A model generated the notes under the pieces. It had not been told where the DNA came from. It saw nothing but the letters and a program-made list of their open reading frames with translations, and did no database searches. Shown one piece after another: positions 1-12,805 of a DNA stretch of 64,000 bases. The first letter of the stretch is position 1; the number at the start of each line of letters is the position of its first letter. The stretch lies in the NCBI RefSeq assembly GCF_055900595.2, contig NZ_CM148325.1; one strand, given 5' to 3'. A program made the position numbers and the translations under genes.

Positions 1-1513
<1,513 letters not shown>

Positions 1514-1518
1514 GGCGA

Positions 1519-2418
1519 TCACTCCATCATCTTCTCAATCGGCAGGACCAGGATTGAACTGGCACCCAGCGCTTTCAGTTTTTCCATGGTTTCCCAGAAC
1601 AGGGTTTCGCTGCTGACCATGTGCATCGCTACGCGTTGTTGGTCACCCGCCAGCGGCAGAATAGTTGGGCGTTCGGCACCTGGCAGCAGGGCGATGACTT
1701 CATCCAGACGTTCGGTCGGTGCGTGCATCATGATGTATTTTGATTCGCGCGCCTGGATCACACCCTGAATACGGGTCAGCAGTGTGTCGATCAGTTGCTG
1801 TTTGGATTCTTCCATTTCGCCATCGCGTTGTATCAGGCAGGCTTTCGAGCGATAGATAACTTCGACTTCGCGCAGGCCGTTAGCTTCCAGCGTGGCACCG
1901 GTGGAAACCAGATCGCAAATCGCATCCGCCAGTCCGGCACGCGGGGCGACTTCAACAGAACCGTTCAGTAAGCAGGATTTAAAAGAGATACCTTTCTGGT
2001 CGAGATAACGCTTGAGCAGGTGAGGATAAGAGGTGGCGATACGTTTACCGTTTAAGGAGAGCGGGCCATCCCAGGCTTCATCAACCGGCGTTGCCAGTGA
2101 AAGTCGGCAGCCGCCGAAATCCAGACGACGCAGGGTAAAGTAGCGTGGATCTTCACCCTGGGCGCGGCGGTTAAGCAGCTCTTCTTCCAGCACGTTTTCG
2201 CCGATAATCCCAAGGTCTACCACGCCGTCCATTACCAGACCGGGAATGTCGTCGTCACGCACGCGCAGAATATCAATCGGCATGTTTTCTGCCATCGCGA
2301 TCAGGCGCTGGGTGTGAAGATTGATTTTAATGCCACAGCGCGCCAGCAATTCGCGTGAGTCATCACTTAAACGGCCGGATTTCTGCATAGCTATGCGTAA
2401 ACGAGTGTTGTCTGTCAT
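1519..2418 (-). CDS. hisG: ATP phosphoribosyltransferase HisG
   Basis: Translation [25 protein letters not shown]... (299 aa); ORF-track start at 2457 is an upstream extension. Confidence 0.95.
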   Translation of the reverse strand: MTDNTRLRIAMQKSGRLSDDSRELLARCGIKINLHTQRLIAMAENMPIDILRVRDDDIPGLVMDGVVDLGIIGENVLEEELLNRRAQGEDPRYFTLRRLDFGGCRLSLATPVDEAWDGPLSLNGKRIATSYPHLLKRYLDQKGISFKSCLLNGSVEVAPRAGLADAICDLVSTGATLEANGLREVEVIYRSKACLIQRDGEMEESKQQLIDTLLTRIQGVIQARESKYIMMHAPTERLDEVIALLPGAERPTILPLAGDQQRVAMHMVSSETLFWETMEKLKALGASSILVLPIEKMME

Positions 2419-2464
2419 TTTCTTATTCCTCTTTAAACCTGTCTGAACCGTTATCAACCGCGCA

Positions 2465-2503
2465 ATAAAAAAGCCCCCGGAAGGTGATCTTCCGGGGGCT
2501 TTC
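2465..2503 (-). terminator. his attenuator terminator (Rho-independent hairpin plus U-run)
   Basis: Minus strand reads GAAAGCCCCCGGAAGATCACCTTCCGGGGGCTTTTTT between hisL and hisG. Confidence 0.9.
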
Positions 2504-2563
2504 TCATGCGTTCATGCACCACTGGAAGATCTGAATGTCTTCCAGCACACATCGCCTGAAAGA

Positions 2564-2614
2564 CTAGTCAGGATGATGGTGATGATGGTGGTGTTTAAAT
2601 TGAACGCGTGTCAT
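2564..2614 (-). CDS. hisL: his operon leader peptide
   Basis: Minus strand ATGACACGCGTTCAATTTAAACACCACCATCATCACCATCATCCTGACTAG = MTRVQFKHHHHHHHPD, seven consecutive His codons. Confidence 0.95.
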   Translation of the reverse strand: MTRVQFKHHHHHHHPD

Positions 2615-2837
2615 AAAAGTCTCTGTGAATGTTTATTCAACTGATGTCTTTTAACCTAAACCACTTTCACGTTAGAAAGCAAGGGCTTTTTTATATATTT
2701 TATGGCGATGGATTTGTTTAATGAATGAGCGGGGAAAGGAGGGGCCTGGAGTGACTATGTTAGAAAAGTAATCGTGAAAATATGTCTTTAAAATCCTCAA
2801 GAACATTGTGTTCTGTAACTAAAGTGGGCTTTGTTCC

Positions 2838-2935
2838 TGCCGGATGCGGCGTGAATGCCTTATCAGGTCTACAAATGTTGCCTAAATTCAATATATTGAT
2901 GTTTTGTAGGACTGATAAGCGGAGCGCATCAGGCA
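2838..2935. repeat. REP/BIME-type palindromic element pair
   Basis: GCCGGATGCGGCGTGAATGCCTTATCAGGTCTACA and inverted partner TGTAGGACTGATAAGCGGAGCGCATCAGGC. Confidence 0.7.
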
Positions 2936-3038
2936 ATGGTATATTTGCTAACAGTTTCGATTTCATTCATAGAATGAATTGTCAGTTTTGATACGCTAGC
3001 GTAGCCTTATAGATCTAAGGTGTATCAGGAGATAACGG

Positions 3039-3863
3039 ATGAAAAAGGTCGCAATTGTCGGGTTAGGGTGGTTAGGCATGCCGCTGGCGATGTCACTTTC
3101 AGCGCGAGGCTGGCAAGTCACCGGGAGTAAAACCACACAAGATGGTGTCGAAGCGGCCCGAATGAGTGGCATTGATAGCTATCTGCTTCGCATGGAGCCT
3201 GAGTTAGTTTGCGATTCTGACGATCTGGATGCCCTGATGGATGCCGACGCGCTGGTCATTACGCTTCCGGCACGTCGTAGCGGCCCCGGCGATGAGTTCT
3301 ATTTACAAGCGGTACAAGAGTTAGTGGATAGCGCGCTGGCCCATCGTATTCCCCGAATTATTTTTACCAGCTCAACGTCTGTCTATGGCGACGCGCAAGG
3401 CACGGTGAAAGAAACCACCCCGCGTAATCCGGTAACCAACAGTGGACGAGTATTAGAAGAACTCGAAGACTGGCTGCACAATTTACCCGGTACTTCGGTC
3501 GATATTCTGCGTCTTGCGGGGCTGGTCGGACCGGGACGTCATCCCGGACGCTTCTTTGCCGGAAAAACCGCGCCTGATGGTGAACATGGTGTTAATTTAG
3601 TCCATTTAGAAGATGTTATTGGCGCTATCACTCTGTTGTTACAGGCACCTAAAGGCGGACACATCTATAATATATGTGCGCCAGCTCACCCTGCGCGTAA
3701 TGTTTTCTATCCGCAGATGGCCCGTTTACTGGGGCTGGAACCTCCGCAGTTCAGAAATAGTCTGGACAGCGGCAAAGGTAAGATTATTGATGGCAGTCGG
3801 ATTTGTAATGAACTGGGGTTTGAATACCAGTATCCCGATCCGCTGGTAATGCCGCTGGAGTAA
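3039..3863 (+). CDS. yeeZ: NAD-dependent epimerase/dehydratase-family protein YeeZ
   Basis: 274-aa ORF MKKVAIVGLGWLGMPLAMSL... with Rossmann GxGxxG N-terminus. Confidence 0.9.
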   Translation: MKKVAIVGLGWLGMPLAMSLSARGWQVTGSKTTQDGVEAARMSGIDSYLLRMEPELVCDSDDLDALMDADALVITLPARRSGPGDEFYLQAVQELVDSALAHRIPRIIFTSSTSVYGDAQGTVKETTPRNPVTNSGRVLEELEDWLHNLPGTSVDILRLAGLVGPGRHPGRFFAGKTAPDGEHGVNLVHLEDVIGAITLLLQAPKGGHIYNICAPAHPARNVFYPQMARLLGLEPPQFRNSLDSGKGKIIDGSRICNELGFEYQYPDPLVMPLE

Positions 3864-3908
3864 ACGATCACGCCAGCAGGACGCCGCATGCACTGCAAGG
3901 GGGCGTGT

Positions 3909-4838
3909 ATGAAACCACTGCTGGATGTGTTGATGATCCTCGATGCCTTAGAAAAAGAAGGCAGTTTTGCGGCGGCGTCAGCCAAACTCTACAAGACGCC
4001 GTCCGCTCTGAGTTACACCGTTCACAAGCTGGAAAGCGACCTTAATATTCAATTGCTTGATCGTAGCGGTCACCGCGCTAAATTCACCCGCACCGGAAAA
4101 ATGTTATTAGAGAAAGGGCGGGAAGTTCTGCATACCGTGCGGGAACTGGAAAAGCAGGCGATCAAACTGCATGAAGGCTGGGAAAACGAGCTGGTGATTG
4201 GCGTGGACGACACGTTTCCTTTTTCTCTGCTTGCGCCACTGATTGAAGCTTTTTATCAACATCATAGCGTGACGCGCCTGAAGTTTATCAATGGCGTACT
4301 CGGTGGTTCCTGGGATGCCCTGACTCAGGGGCGAGCGGATATTATTGTTGGCGCGATGCATGAGCCACCATCTTCCAGTGAGTTTGGTTTCTCGCGGTTG
4401 GGCGATCTGGAACAAGTCTTTGCGGTAGCGCCTCATCATCCGTTAGCCCTGGAAGAAGAACCGTTAAACCGTCGTATCATTAAGCGATATCGGGCGATTG
4501 TGGTGGGGGACACTGCGCAGGCCGGCGCTTCTACGGCCTCACAACTTCTCGACGAACAAGAAGCCATTACCGTCTTCGATTTTAAAACCAAGCTAGAGCT
4601 GCAAATTAGCGGCCTCGGCTGCGGCTATTTACCCCGTTATCTGGCGCAACGTTTTCTCGATAGTGGCGCGTTAATCGAGAAGAAAGTGGTCGCCCAAACT
4701 CTCTTTGAATCCGTCTGGATTGGCTGGAACGAACAGACCGCAGGGCTTGCCAGCGGCTGGTGGCGAGATGAAATTTTAGCAAATAGTGCGATCGCCGGTG
4801 TTTATGCAAAATCTGATGACGAAAAATCAGCCATTTAA
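3909..4838 (+). CDS. yeeY: LysR-family transcriptional regulator YeeY
   Basis: Translation MKPLLDVLMILDALEKEGSFAAASAKLYKTPSALSYTVHKLE... (HTH then LysR substrate domain); ORF-track start at 3888 is an extension. Confidence 0.9.
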   Translation: MKPLLDVLMILDALEKEGSFAAASAKLYKTPSALSYTVHKLESDLNIQLLDRSGHRAKFTRTGKMLLEKGREVLHTVRELEKQAIKLHEGWENELVIGVDDTFPFSLLAPLIEAFYQHHSVTRLKFINGVLGGSWDALTQGRADIIVGAMHEPPSSSEFGFSRLGDLEQVFAVAPHHPLALEEEPLNRRIIKRYRAIVVGDTAQAGASTASQLLDEQEAITVFDFKTKLELQISGLGCGYLPRYLAQRFLDSGALIEKKVVAQTLFESVWIGWNEQTAGLASGWWRDEILANSAIAGVYAKSDDEKSAI

Positions 4839-5104
4839 AGAAAAATTATTATGACAAGCCTCTCATTCTCTTGTCATTTCCCCCCCATTTAGGCACAATG
4901 CGCCGCTGTCAAAAAATGACTAAAAACCGACGTTTCATCAGCGTCGGTTATTTTTTGCTTCAAACCAATCATTCATACCAAGAGGCCGGGCTTCGTACCG
5001 GATAGATATTTACTAAAAATCGACAGTTGTTGTCGCTGAGGAATCCAAAAAAATGGGGCAATTTTTTGCTTACGCGACGGTTATCACCGTAAAGGAGAAT
5101 GACC

Positions 5105-6463
5105 ATGTCGCATAACGTTACTCCAAACACCTCTCGCGTGGAATTGCGTAAAACGCTTACGTTAGTTCCGGTTGTAATGATGGGTCTTGCCTATATGCAG
5201 CCGATGACGCTGTTTGATACTTTTGGTATCGTTTCAGGCCTCACGGATGGTCATGTGCCGACAGCCTATGCGTTCGCATTGATTGCGATCCTGTTTACGG
5301 CTCTGAGCTACGGGAAGCTGGTTCGCCGCTATCCTTCTGCTGGCTCTGCATATACTTACGCCCAGAAATCCATTAGCCCGACTGTCGGCTTTATGGTGGG
5401 TTGGTCTTCTCTGCTCGACTATCTGTTCGCGCCGATGATCAACATTCTGCTGGCGAAAATCTATTTTGAAGCTCTGGTGCCTTCCATCCCATCGTGGATG
5501 TTTGTGGTGGCGCTGGTGGCCTTTATGACCGCCTTTAACCTGCGTAGTCTGAAATCCGTAGCGAACTTCAACACTGTAATCGTCGTGTTGCAGGTAGTGC
5601 TGATCGCGGTGATTCTGGGCATGGTTGTTTATGGCGTATTTGAAGGTGAAGGCGCTGGTACGCTGGCGAGCACTCGTCCGTTCTGGTCTGGCGATGCGCA
5701 TGTTATCCCGATGATTACCGGGGCGACAATCCTGTGCTTCTCCTTTACCGGCTTTGACGGCATCAGCAACCTGTCGGAAGAAACCAAAGATGCAGAGCGC
5801 GTGATCCCGCGTGCGATTTTCCTGACCGCGCTGATTGGCGGCATGATCTTCATCTTTGCAACTTACTTCCTGCAGCTGTACTTCCCGGATATCTCTCGCT
5901 TTAAAGATCCGGATGCGTCACAGCCTGAAATCATGCTGTACGTGGCAGGTAAAGCATTCCAGGTTGGTGCGCTGATCTTCTCCACCATTACCGTACTGGC
6001 GTCCGGTATGGCGGCGCACGCAGGTGTTGCGCGTCTGATGTACGTAATGGGTCGTGACGGCGTGTTCCCGAAAAGCTTCTTCGGTTATGTACACCCGAAA
6101 TGGCGTACTCCGGCGATGAACATCATCCTGGTTGGCGCGATTGCCCTGCTGGCAATCAACTTCGACCTGGTAATGGCTACGGCGCTGATTAACTTTGGTG
6201 CGTTGGTGGCGTTCACCTTCGTTAACCTGTCGGTCATCTCGCAGTTCTGGATCCGTGAGAAGCGTAACAAGACGCTGAAAGATCACTTCCAGTATCTGTT
6301 CCTGCCGATGTGTGGTGCGCTGACCGTTGGTGCGCTGTGGGTTAACCTGGAAGAAAGCTCAATGGTTCTGGGTCTGATCTGGGCGGCTATCGGTCTGATT
6401 TACCTGGCTTGCGTCACCAAGAGTTTCCGTAACCCGGTTCCGCAGTACGAAGACGTAGCGTAA
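5105..6463 (+). CDS. plaP: Putrescine importer PlaP (APC-family permease)
   Basis: 452-aa multi-[39 protein letters not shown]... Confidence 0.9.
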   Translation: MSHNVTPNTSRVELRKTLTLVPVVMMGLAYMQPMTLFDTFGIVSGLTDGHVPTAYAFALIAILFTALSYGKLVRRYPSAGSAYTYAQKSISPTVGFMVGWSSLLDYLFAPMINILLAKIYFEALVPSIPSWMFVVALVAFMTAFNLRSLKSVANFNTVIVVLQVVLIAVILGMVVYGVFEGEGAGTLASTRPFWSGDAHVIPMITGATILCFSFTGFDGISNLSEETKDAERVIPRAIFLTALIGGMIFIFATYFLQLYFPDISRFKDPDASQPEIMLYVAGKAFQVGALIFSTITVLASGMAAHAGVARLMYVMGRDGVFPKSFFGYVHPKWRTPAMNIILVGAIALLAINFDLVMATALINFGALVAFTFVNLSVISQFWIREKRNKTLKDHFQYLFLPMCGALTVGALWVNLEESSMVLGLIWAAIGLIYLACVTKSFRNPVPQYEDVA

Positions 6464-6482
6464 TCATCTTTTGTAATAATAA

Positions 6483-6517
6483 ACCGGAGTCGAATGAATA
6501 TTTGGCTCCGGTTTTTT
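6483..6517 (+). terminator. Rho-independent terminator after plaP
   Basis: AACCGGAGTCGAATGAATATTTGGCTCCGG followed by TTTTTTTATT. Confidence 0.75.
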
Positions 6518-6641
6518 TATTCTTTTTTATCGACATCCTCATTAATAACCATTTGTTCTAATTTAGAGAATTTGGTTATTGGTCTGCATTCCACCAGTCA
6601 TGAATAATTTCCCTATTAACATTCATCTGGTTAATTAATTT

Positions 6642-7700
6642 ATGTTTTCAATGATATTAAGCGGGCTAATTTGTGGTGCTCTGCTGGGATTTGTCATGCA
6701 GCGTGGGCGTTTTTGCCTGACAGGTGGTTTTCGCGATATGTATCTCGCGAAAAATAATCGCATGTTTTACGCCTTGCTGATTGCAATTTCGGTACAAAGT
6801 GTGGGGGTTTTTGCGTTAATTCAGGCGGGCCTACTGACTTACGAAGCCGGGGCGTTCCCGTGGCTTGGTACTGTTATAGGTGGGTATATCTTCGGGCTGG
6901 GAATTGTTCTGGCGGGTGGATGTGCCACCGGGACCTGGTATCGCGCGGGTGAGGGATTGATCGGCAGTTGGATCGCGCTTTTCACTTATATGGTGATGAG
7001 TGCGGTGATGCGTTCTCCACATGCCAGTGGTTTAAATCAAACCTTGCAGCACTACAGTACTGAACATAACTCTATTGCTGAGACTTTTAATTTGTCTGTG
7101 TGGCCGTTGGTTGCCGTTTTGCTGGTGATAACGCTCTGGGTGGTGATGAAAGAGTTGAAGAAGCCAAAACTCAAAGTCGCGACCTTACCGCCGCGCCGAA
7201 CCGGGATCGCTCATATTCTGTTTGAAAAACGCTGGCATCCCTTTGTCACTGCTGTACTCATCGGTTTGATTGCGCTTTTAGCCTGGCCCCTGAGTGAAGC
7301 AACCGGACGCATGTTTGGGTTAGGAATCACTTCCCCAACGGCCAATATTCTGCAATTTCTGGTCGCGGGTGACGTGAAATACATTAACTGGGGCGTTTTC
7401 CTGGTGTTAGGGATCTTCGTGGGGTCATTTATTGCAGCCAAAGCGAGCCGTGAGTTCCGCGTTCGCGCAGCTGATGCACAAACAACATTACGTAGCGGGT
7501 TAGGTGGTGTACTGATGGGCTTCGGTGCCAGTATTGCAGGTGGTTGCTCTATCGGTAATGGACTGGTTATGACTGCAATGATGACCTGGCAGGGCTGGAT
7601 TGGCCTTGTATTTATGATTCTCGGAGTCTGGACTGCGTCCTGGCTTGTGTATGTTCGACCGCAGCGTAAGGCGCGACTGGCAACTGCTGCGGCAAATTAA
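6642..7700 (+). CDS. yeeE: Thiosulfate transporter YeeE/TsuA
   Basis: 352-aa polytopic membrane ORF with paired Cys-containing repeats; immediately followed by yeeD. Confidence 0.9.
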   Translation: MFSMILSGLICGALLGFVMQRGRFCLTGGFRDMYLAKNNRMFYALLIAISVQSVGVFALIQAGLLTYEAGAFPWLGTVIGGYIFGLGIVLAGGCATGTWYRAGEGLIGSWIALFTYMVMSAVMRSPHASGLNQTLQHYSTEHNSIAETFNLSVWPLVAVLLVITLWVVMKELKKPKLKVATLPPRRTGIAHILFEKRWHPFVTAVLIGLIALLAWPLSEATGRMFGLGITSPTANILQFLVAGDVKYINWGVFLVLGIFVGSFIAAKASREFRVRAADAQTTLRSGLGGVLMGFGASIAGGCSIGNGLVMTAMMTWQGWIGLVFMILGVWTASWLVYVRPQRKARLATAAAN

Positions 7701-7713
7701 GTAAGGTGTAAAG

Positions 7714-7941
7714 ATGGCGATTAAAAAGCTGGATGTGGTGACGCAGGTCTGTCCGTTTCCACTCATAGAAGCAAAAGCAGCACTGGCAGAAATGGCCAGC
7801 GGCGATGAGTTGGTAATTGAGTTTGATTGCACCCAGGCAACTGAAGCAATCCCACAGTGGGCGGCAGAAGAAGGACATGCCATCACCGATTATCAGCAGA
7901 TTGGCGATGCAGCGTGGAGCATCACCGTTCAAAAAGCCTGA
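7714..7941 (+). CDS. yeeD: TusA-like sulfurtransferase YeeD/TsuB
   Basis: 75-aa ORF with the TusA CPxP motif (VCPFPLIEAK). Confidence 0.9.
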   Translation: MAIKKLDVVTQVCPFPLIEAKAALAEMASGDELVIEFDCTQATEAIPQWAAEEGHAITDYQQIGDAAWSITVQKA

Positions 7942-7952
7942 CTCAACATTGT

Positions 7953-7976
7953 CCTCCGCCGTACCAGCGGCGGAGG
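7953..7976. terminator. Bidirectional hairpin between convergent yeeD and sbcB
   Basis: CCTCCGCCGTACCAGCGGCGGAGG perfect stem-loop. Confidence 0.6.
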
Positions 7977-7983
7977 CTTCAAA

Positions 7984-9411
7984 TTAGACGATCTCTTCCG
8001 CGTACTGCCAAAGCGCTTTTAACAGTGCCACTTTCTCTTTGTCATCGGCATATTGTTGTGCCAGCATCTGCAATTCATCTGCATAACCCTGTAAAAACTC
8101 TGGCGTGAAGACCTGGCGGCGGTGCTCCAGCCAGCGTTGCTGCTCGGCATAATCCAGCGTCCCCGGGAAGTTGCGCGCCCGATAATTGAACAACAGCTTT
8201 TCAATCCGTTTATCGACAAAAGTGATATCCAGTGCCGGTAAATTACGCGGCTCGGTTTCCAGCACAATTTTCATTGCTGCACGATCGGCGTCACTGAAAA
8301 AGCCGTTATAAAGCTGTGCATCCACGTTATCTGAAGGCGTAAACGGTTCGGCTTCCGCGAATATCGCCACCACTTTTTCGCGCACTTGCGGATTTTCACG
8401 CAGAATTTTCAGGTTATTGAGGCAATGCTGACGATTAATTCCCAGTCGGTCGGCATCTTCCGGGCGTAGCGTATTCGCCTGGGCCAGCACCGGACATTTA
8501 TTGATATGCACCAGCTTAACCGGAACGGCGGCGTTATCGCCAAGATCGGTTTTTGCGGTATATAAACGCTCGCGCAATGTGTCGCTATCCAGTTCCAGTA
8601 ATGGCGAAATGTCTCCTGCCAAATCCACCATAATTACGGCATTGCGATTTTCAGGATGCCACGCCAGCGGTGCCACCCAGCTGGTATTGCCGCGCCATGC
8701 CCCAAACATTCCGGAAACGTGCACCAGGGGTTTCATCTGCGGAACATCAATCAACGCCATCAGTTTGTGTTTATTACGATGGGTAAAGAGATATTCAAAC
8801 AGGCGTGGCTGACGCGTTTTTACCAGTTTCGCCATCGCAATAGTGGCGTACACATCAGCCATCGCATCGTGGGCGTTGCTATGTTCAATTCCATTCGCTT
8901 TGGTTAAATGCTCAAGGCGAAAGCTCGGTAGACCGTCATCATTTTCAGGCCAGTTTATTCCTTCCGGGCGCAGGGCATAACAGGCACGCATAACATCCAG
9001 TAAATCCCAGCGCGAGTTATCATGCTGCCAGCTCCAGGCGTAAGGATCGTAGAAATTACGATAAAAAACGTTGCGTGTGACTTCGTCGTCGAAACGCACA
9101 TTGTTGTAGCCCAGAATACAGGTCTTCGGTACGTTAAAAAGCGAGTGAATACGGGCGGCAAACGCGGCTTCGTTTTCTCCTTTCGCCCGTGCTTCCTGCG
9201 GGGTAATACCGGTAATTAATACTGCTCCAGGCTGGGGCAAATAGTCATCCGCGGGCTTGCAGTAAAAGACTTCGGGTTCGCCGATGACATTGAATTCGCT
9301 ATCGGTGCGAATGGCTGCGAACTGTGCAGGGCGATCTAACGCGGGGTGCGTGCCAAAGGTTTCGTAATCGTGAAACAAAAAGGTAGATTGTTGCTTACCG
9401 TCATTCATCAT
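7984..9411 (-). CDS. sbcB: Exodeoxyribonuclease I
   Basis: Translation MMNDGKQQSTFLFHDYETFGTHPALDRPAQFAAIRTD... (475 aa, DEDDh exonuclease); ORF-track start at 9483 is an extension. Confidence 0.95.
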   Translation of the reverse strand: MMNDGKQQSTFLFHDYETFGTHPALDRPAQFAAIRTDSEFNVIGEPEVFYCKPADDYLPQPGAVLITGITPQEARAKGENEAAFAARIHSLFNVPKTCILGYNNVRFDDEVTRNVFYRNFYDPYAWSWQHDNSRWDLLDVMRACYALRPEGINWPENDDGLPSFRLEHLTKANGIEHSNAHDAMADVYATIAMAKLVKTRQPRLFEYLFTHRNKHKLMALIDVPQMKPLVHVSGMFGAWRGNTSWVAPLAWHPENRNAVIMVDLAGDISPLLELDSDTLRERLYTAKTDLGDNAAVPVKLVHINKCPVLAQANTLRPEDADRLGINRQHCLNNLKILRENPQVREKVVAIFAEAEPFTPSDNVDAQLYNGFFSDADRAAMKIVLETEPRNLPALDITFVDKRIEKLLFNYRARNFPGTLDYAEQQRWLEHRRQVFTPEFLQGYADELQMLAQQYADDKEKVALLKALWQYAEEIV

Positions 9412-9613
9412 TAGGTTAAATCCGTTATTTCTGCTGTCTGCCAGAGTATCAAATATCACCGTGCTAATCAGCTTTAGCGCCACAATTTGGCAGCTAGTGG
9501 CAACAGATCATGTCAGATAAAAATGAGAGGGTAGTCACATTTTCTTGCACTTTATTCCAGCCAGTTCATAAGTATTTCCGTAAAAAGAACAGCTATTTGA
9601 AACTCCTGAGGGT

Positions 9614-10786
9614 TTGCTGTTGAAACGCCGTCTTATTATTGCTGCTTCTTTGTTCGTTTTTAACTTATCGTCTGGTTTTGCGGCGGAAAACATTCCTTTT
9701 TCACCTCAGCCTCCAGAGATTCATGCCGGGTCCTGGGTACTGATGGATTACACCACCGGACAGATCCTCACCGCGGGTAATGAGCATCAACAGCGCAATC
9801 CCGCCAGCCTGACAAAGCTGATGACGGGCTATGTCGTGGATCGCGCTATCGATAGTCATCGCATTACGCCAGACGATATTGTCACCGTAGGGCGCGATGC
9901 GTGGGCGAAAGATAATCCGGTGTTTGTCGGTTCTTCACTGATGTTTTTGAAAGAGGGCGATCGCGTATCGGTACGTGATTTAAGCCGTGGTTTAATTGTG
10001 GATTCCGGAAATGACGCTTGTGTTGCTCTGGCTGACTATATTGCCGGTGGGCAACGGCAGTTTGTTGAAATGATGAACAACTATGCCGAGAAGCTGCATC
10101 TCAAGGATACGCATTTTGAAACAGTGCATGGTCTGGATGCACCTGGCCAGCATAGCTCGGCTTATGATTTAGCTGTGCTTTCTCGCGCTATCATCCACGG
10201 CGAGCCCGAGTTTTATCATATGTACAGTGAGAAAAGTCTCACCTGGAACGGTATCACCCAGCAAAACCGTAACGGATTATTGTGGGATAAAACCATGAAT
10301 GTTGACGGCCTGAAAACGGGTCATACTTCTGGTGCCGGGTTTAATCTCATTGCTTCGGCTGTAGATGGGCAGCATCGTCTCATTGCAGTGATAATGGGGG
10401 CTGACAGTGCAAAAGGTCGTGAGGAAGAGGCAAGAAAATTACTGCGTTGGGGGCAACAAAACTTTACTACGGTGCAAATTTTGCACCGTGGGAAAAAGGT
10501 CGGAACGGAACGCATCTGGTATGGCGATAAAGAAAATATCGACCTGGGAACGGAACAAGAGTTCTGGATGGTGCTACCGAAAGCCGAAATTCCACATATC
10601 AAAGCCAAATATACCCTTGATGGTAAAGAACTCACCGCGCCAATTAGCGCCCATCAGCGGGTAGGGGAAATTGAACTTTACGACCGTGATAAACAGGTGG
10701 CGCACTGGCCGCTGGTTACCCTGGAATCTGTCGGGGAAGGCAGCATGTTTTCTCGCCTGAGTGATTATTTCCACCATAAGGCCTGA
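9614..10786 (+). CDS. dacD: D-alanyl-D-alanine carboxypeptidase DacD (PBP6b)
   Basis: Signal peptide then SLTK (SxxK) active-site motif and SGN; start codon choice uncertain by a few codons. Confidence 0.9.
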   Translation: MLLKRRLIIAASLFVFNLSSGFAAENIPFSPQPPEIHAGSWVLMDYTTGQILTAGNEHQQRNPASLTKLMTGYVVDRAIDSHRITPDDIVTVGRDAWAKDNPVFVGSSLMFLKEGDRVSVRDLSRGLIVDSGNDACVALADYIAGGQRQFVEMMNNYAEKLHLKDTHFETVHGLDAPGQHSSAYDLAVLSRAIIHGEPEFYHMYSEKSLTWNGITQQNRNGLLWDKTMNVDGLKTGHTSGAGFNLIASAVDGQHRLIAVIMGADSAKGREEEARKLLRWGQQNFTTVQILHRGKKVGTERIWYGDKENIDLGTEQEFWMVLPKAEIPHIKAKYTLDGKELTAPISAHQRVGEIELYDRDKQVAHWPLVTLESVGEGSMFSRLSDYFHHKA

Positions 10787-10872
10787 CCTTTCTTTTGCAG
10801 CAGACTGGCAGGAGTGCGAGTCTGCTCGCATAATCAACACTCATTCCTTGTGGTTTTAATATTGCAACTATA

Positions 10873-10888
10873 CTGTATATAAAAACAG
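10873..10888 (+). promoter_or_regulatory. LexA (SOS) box upstream of sbmC
   Basis: CTGTATATAAAAACAG matches CTGT-N8-ACAG about 20 bp upstream of the sbmC start. Confidence 0.8.
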
Positions 10889-10904
10889 TAATAATGGAGG
10901 CGTC

Positions 10905-11378
10905 ATGAACTACGAGATTAAGCAGGAAGATAAACGTACCGTTGCAGGTTTCCATCTCGTTGGCCCGTGGGAACAGACGGTAAAGAAAGGTTTTGAGCAG
11001 TTGATGATGTGGGTAGATAGCAAAAATATTGTGCCGAAGGAGTGGGTTGCTGTCTATTACGACAATCCGGATGAAACACCCGCCGAAAAATTACGCTGCG
11101 ACACCGTCGTGACGGTACCGAATAACTTTACGCTCCCCGAAAACAGTGAGGGCGTCATTCTGACAGAAATTTCAGGTGGTCAATATGCGGTGGCGGTGGC
11201 TCGTGTAGTCGGTGATGATTTTGCTAAACCCTGGTATCAGTTCTTTAATAGCCTCTTGCAGGACAGTGCTTATGAAATGTTACCAAAGCCCTGCTTCGAG
11301 GTTTACTTGAACAATGGCGCGGAAGATGGGTACTGGGATATCGAAATGTATGTTGCGGTGCAGCCAAAACATCACTAA
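10905..11378 (+). CDS. sbmC: DNA gyrase inhibitor SbmC/GyrI
   Basis: 157-aa [36 protein letters not shown]... Confidence 0.92.
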   Translation: MNYEIKQEDKRTVAGFHLVGPWEQTVKKGFEQLMMWVDSKNIVPKEWVAVYYDNPDETPAEKLRCDTVVTVPNNFTLPENSEGVILTEISGGQYAVAVARVVGDDFAKPWYQFFNSLLQDSAYEMLPKPCFEVYLNNGAEDGYWDIEMYVAVQPKHH

Positions 11379-11575
11379 TTCATCTCAGGGCGGTGTGTTG
11401 ACGCGAAGACCACTCTTTTTTTGAAAGCGAAAAGAGTAAGATGCGCCTTTCAATTTTTTCGCTCCTGCCGGGAAATTACACTGTTCCCGGTTTGTCCGTC
11501 GGATAATTCAGAGGCGCGCCTTCTGGCCGACAGATGAGTTATGAGCGCTTTTAATCTTCATTACGGAGTTTCTGC

Positions 11576-12634
11576 GTGCGTGCCGATAAGTCATTAAGCC
11601 CGTTTGAAATCCGGGTATACCGCCATTACCGCATTGTGCATGGTACTCGGGTCGCGCTGGCATTCCTGCTCACTTTTCTCATTATCCGCCTGTTTACTAT
11701 CCCGGAAAGCACCTGGCCGCTGGTCACCATGGTGGTGATTATGGGGCCAATCTCGTTCTGGGGGAACGTTGTCCCTCGCGCATTCGAACGTATTGGCGGT
11801 ACGGTGTTGGGGTCGATTTTAGGTCTTATCGCTCTGCAACTGGAGTTAATCTCGTTACCGCTGATGTTAGTCTGGTGCGCGGCGGCTATGTTTCTTTGCG
11901 GTTGGCTGGCGCTGGGCAAGAAACCGTATCAAGGTTTATTGATTGGGGTGACGCTGGCAATTGTTGTTGGTTCCCCGACAGGTGAAATTAATACGGCGTT
12001 ATGGCGAAGCGGCGATGTGATCCTCGGCTCTTTACTGGCAATGTTGTTTACCGGTATCTGGCCACAACGGGCGTTCATCCACTGGCGCATTCAACTGGCA
12101 AAAAGTCTGACCGAGTATAATCGGGTCTATCAATCTGCATTCTCACCGAACTTACTCGAACGCCCGCGTCTGGAAAGCCATCTACAAAAACTCCTGACCG
12201 ATGCCGTGAAAATGCGTGGGCTGATTGCGCCCGCCAGCAAAGAAACCCGTATTCCAAAATCGATATATGAAGGTATCCAGACCATTAATCGCAATCTGGT
12301 TTGTATGCTGGAGTTGCAAATCAATGCGTACTGGGCCACGCGCCCCAGCCATTTCGTGTTATTGAACGCGCAAAAACTTCGTGATACCCAGCATATGATG
12401 CAGCAAATACTGCTGAGCCTTGTTCATGCGCTGTACGAAGGTAATCCGCAGCCGGTTTTTGCCAATACGGAAAAATTGAACGATGCTGTGGAAGAGCTGC
12501 GTCAGTTGCTGAATAACCACCATGACCTGAAGGTTGTGGAAACACCAATCTATGGTTATGTGTGGCTGAACATGGAAACGGCACATCAGCTTGAGTTGCT
12601 ATCGAATCTGATTTGCCGGGCCTTGCGCAAATAA
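11576..12634 (+). CDS. yeeA: Inner-membrane protein YeeA (FUSC-like)
   Basis: 352-aa ORF with N-terminal TM helices; conserved position between sbmC and yeeX. Confidence 0.85.
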   Translation: MRADKSLSPFEIRVYRHYRIVHGTRVALAFLLTFLIIRLFTIPESTWPLVTMVVIMGPISFWGNVVPRAFERIGGTVLGSILGLIALQLELISLPLMLVWCAAAMFLCGWLALGKKPYQGLLIGVTLAIVVGSPTGEINTALWRSGDVILGSLLAMLFTGIWPQRAFIHWRIQLAKSLTEYNRVYQSAFSPNLLERPRLESHLQKLLTDAVKMRGLIAPASKETRIPKSIYEGIQTINRNLVCMLELQINAYWATRPSHFVLLNAQKLRDTQHMMQQILLSLVHALYEGNPQPVFANTEKLNDAVEELRQLLNNHHDLKVVETPIYGYVWLNMETAHQLELLSNLICRALRK

Positions 12635-12805
12635 TTCCTGAACTTCAGAATCATCTTGCTGCTGCTTCGATTCAGCAAGGATAAAGGGTATGATAGTGAA
12701 AAGGGATAAAAGCATTGTCATCTGCGGCAGCTATGAGTAATGTTGGCCCTAACGAATAGCGGTTGCTTAAACGAATCCGACTCTCACATTATCAGGGGTA
12801 TAAAA

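Noticed and set aside
2564-2614. CAC/CAT-rich repeat that could be mistaken for a simple repeat
   Set aside because: It is the run of seven His codons in the hisL leader peptide.
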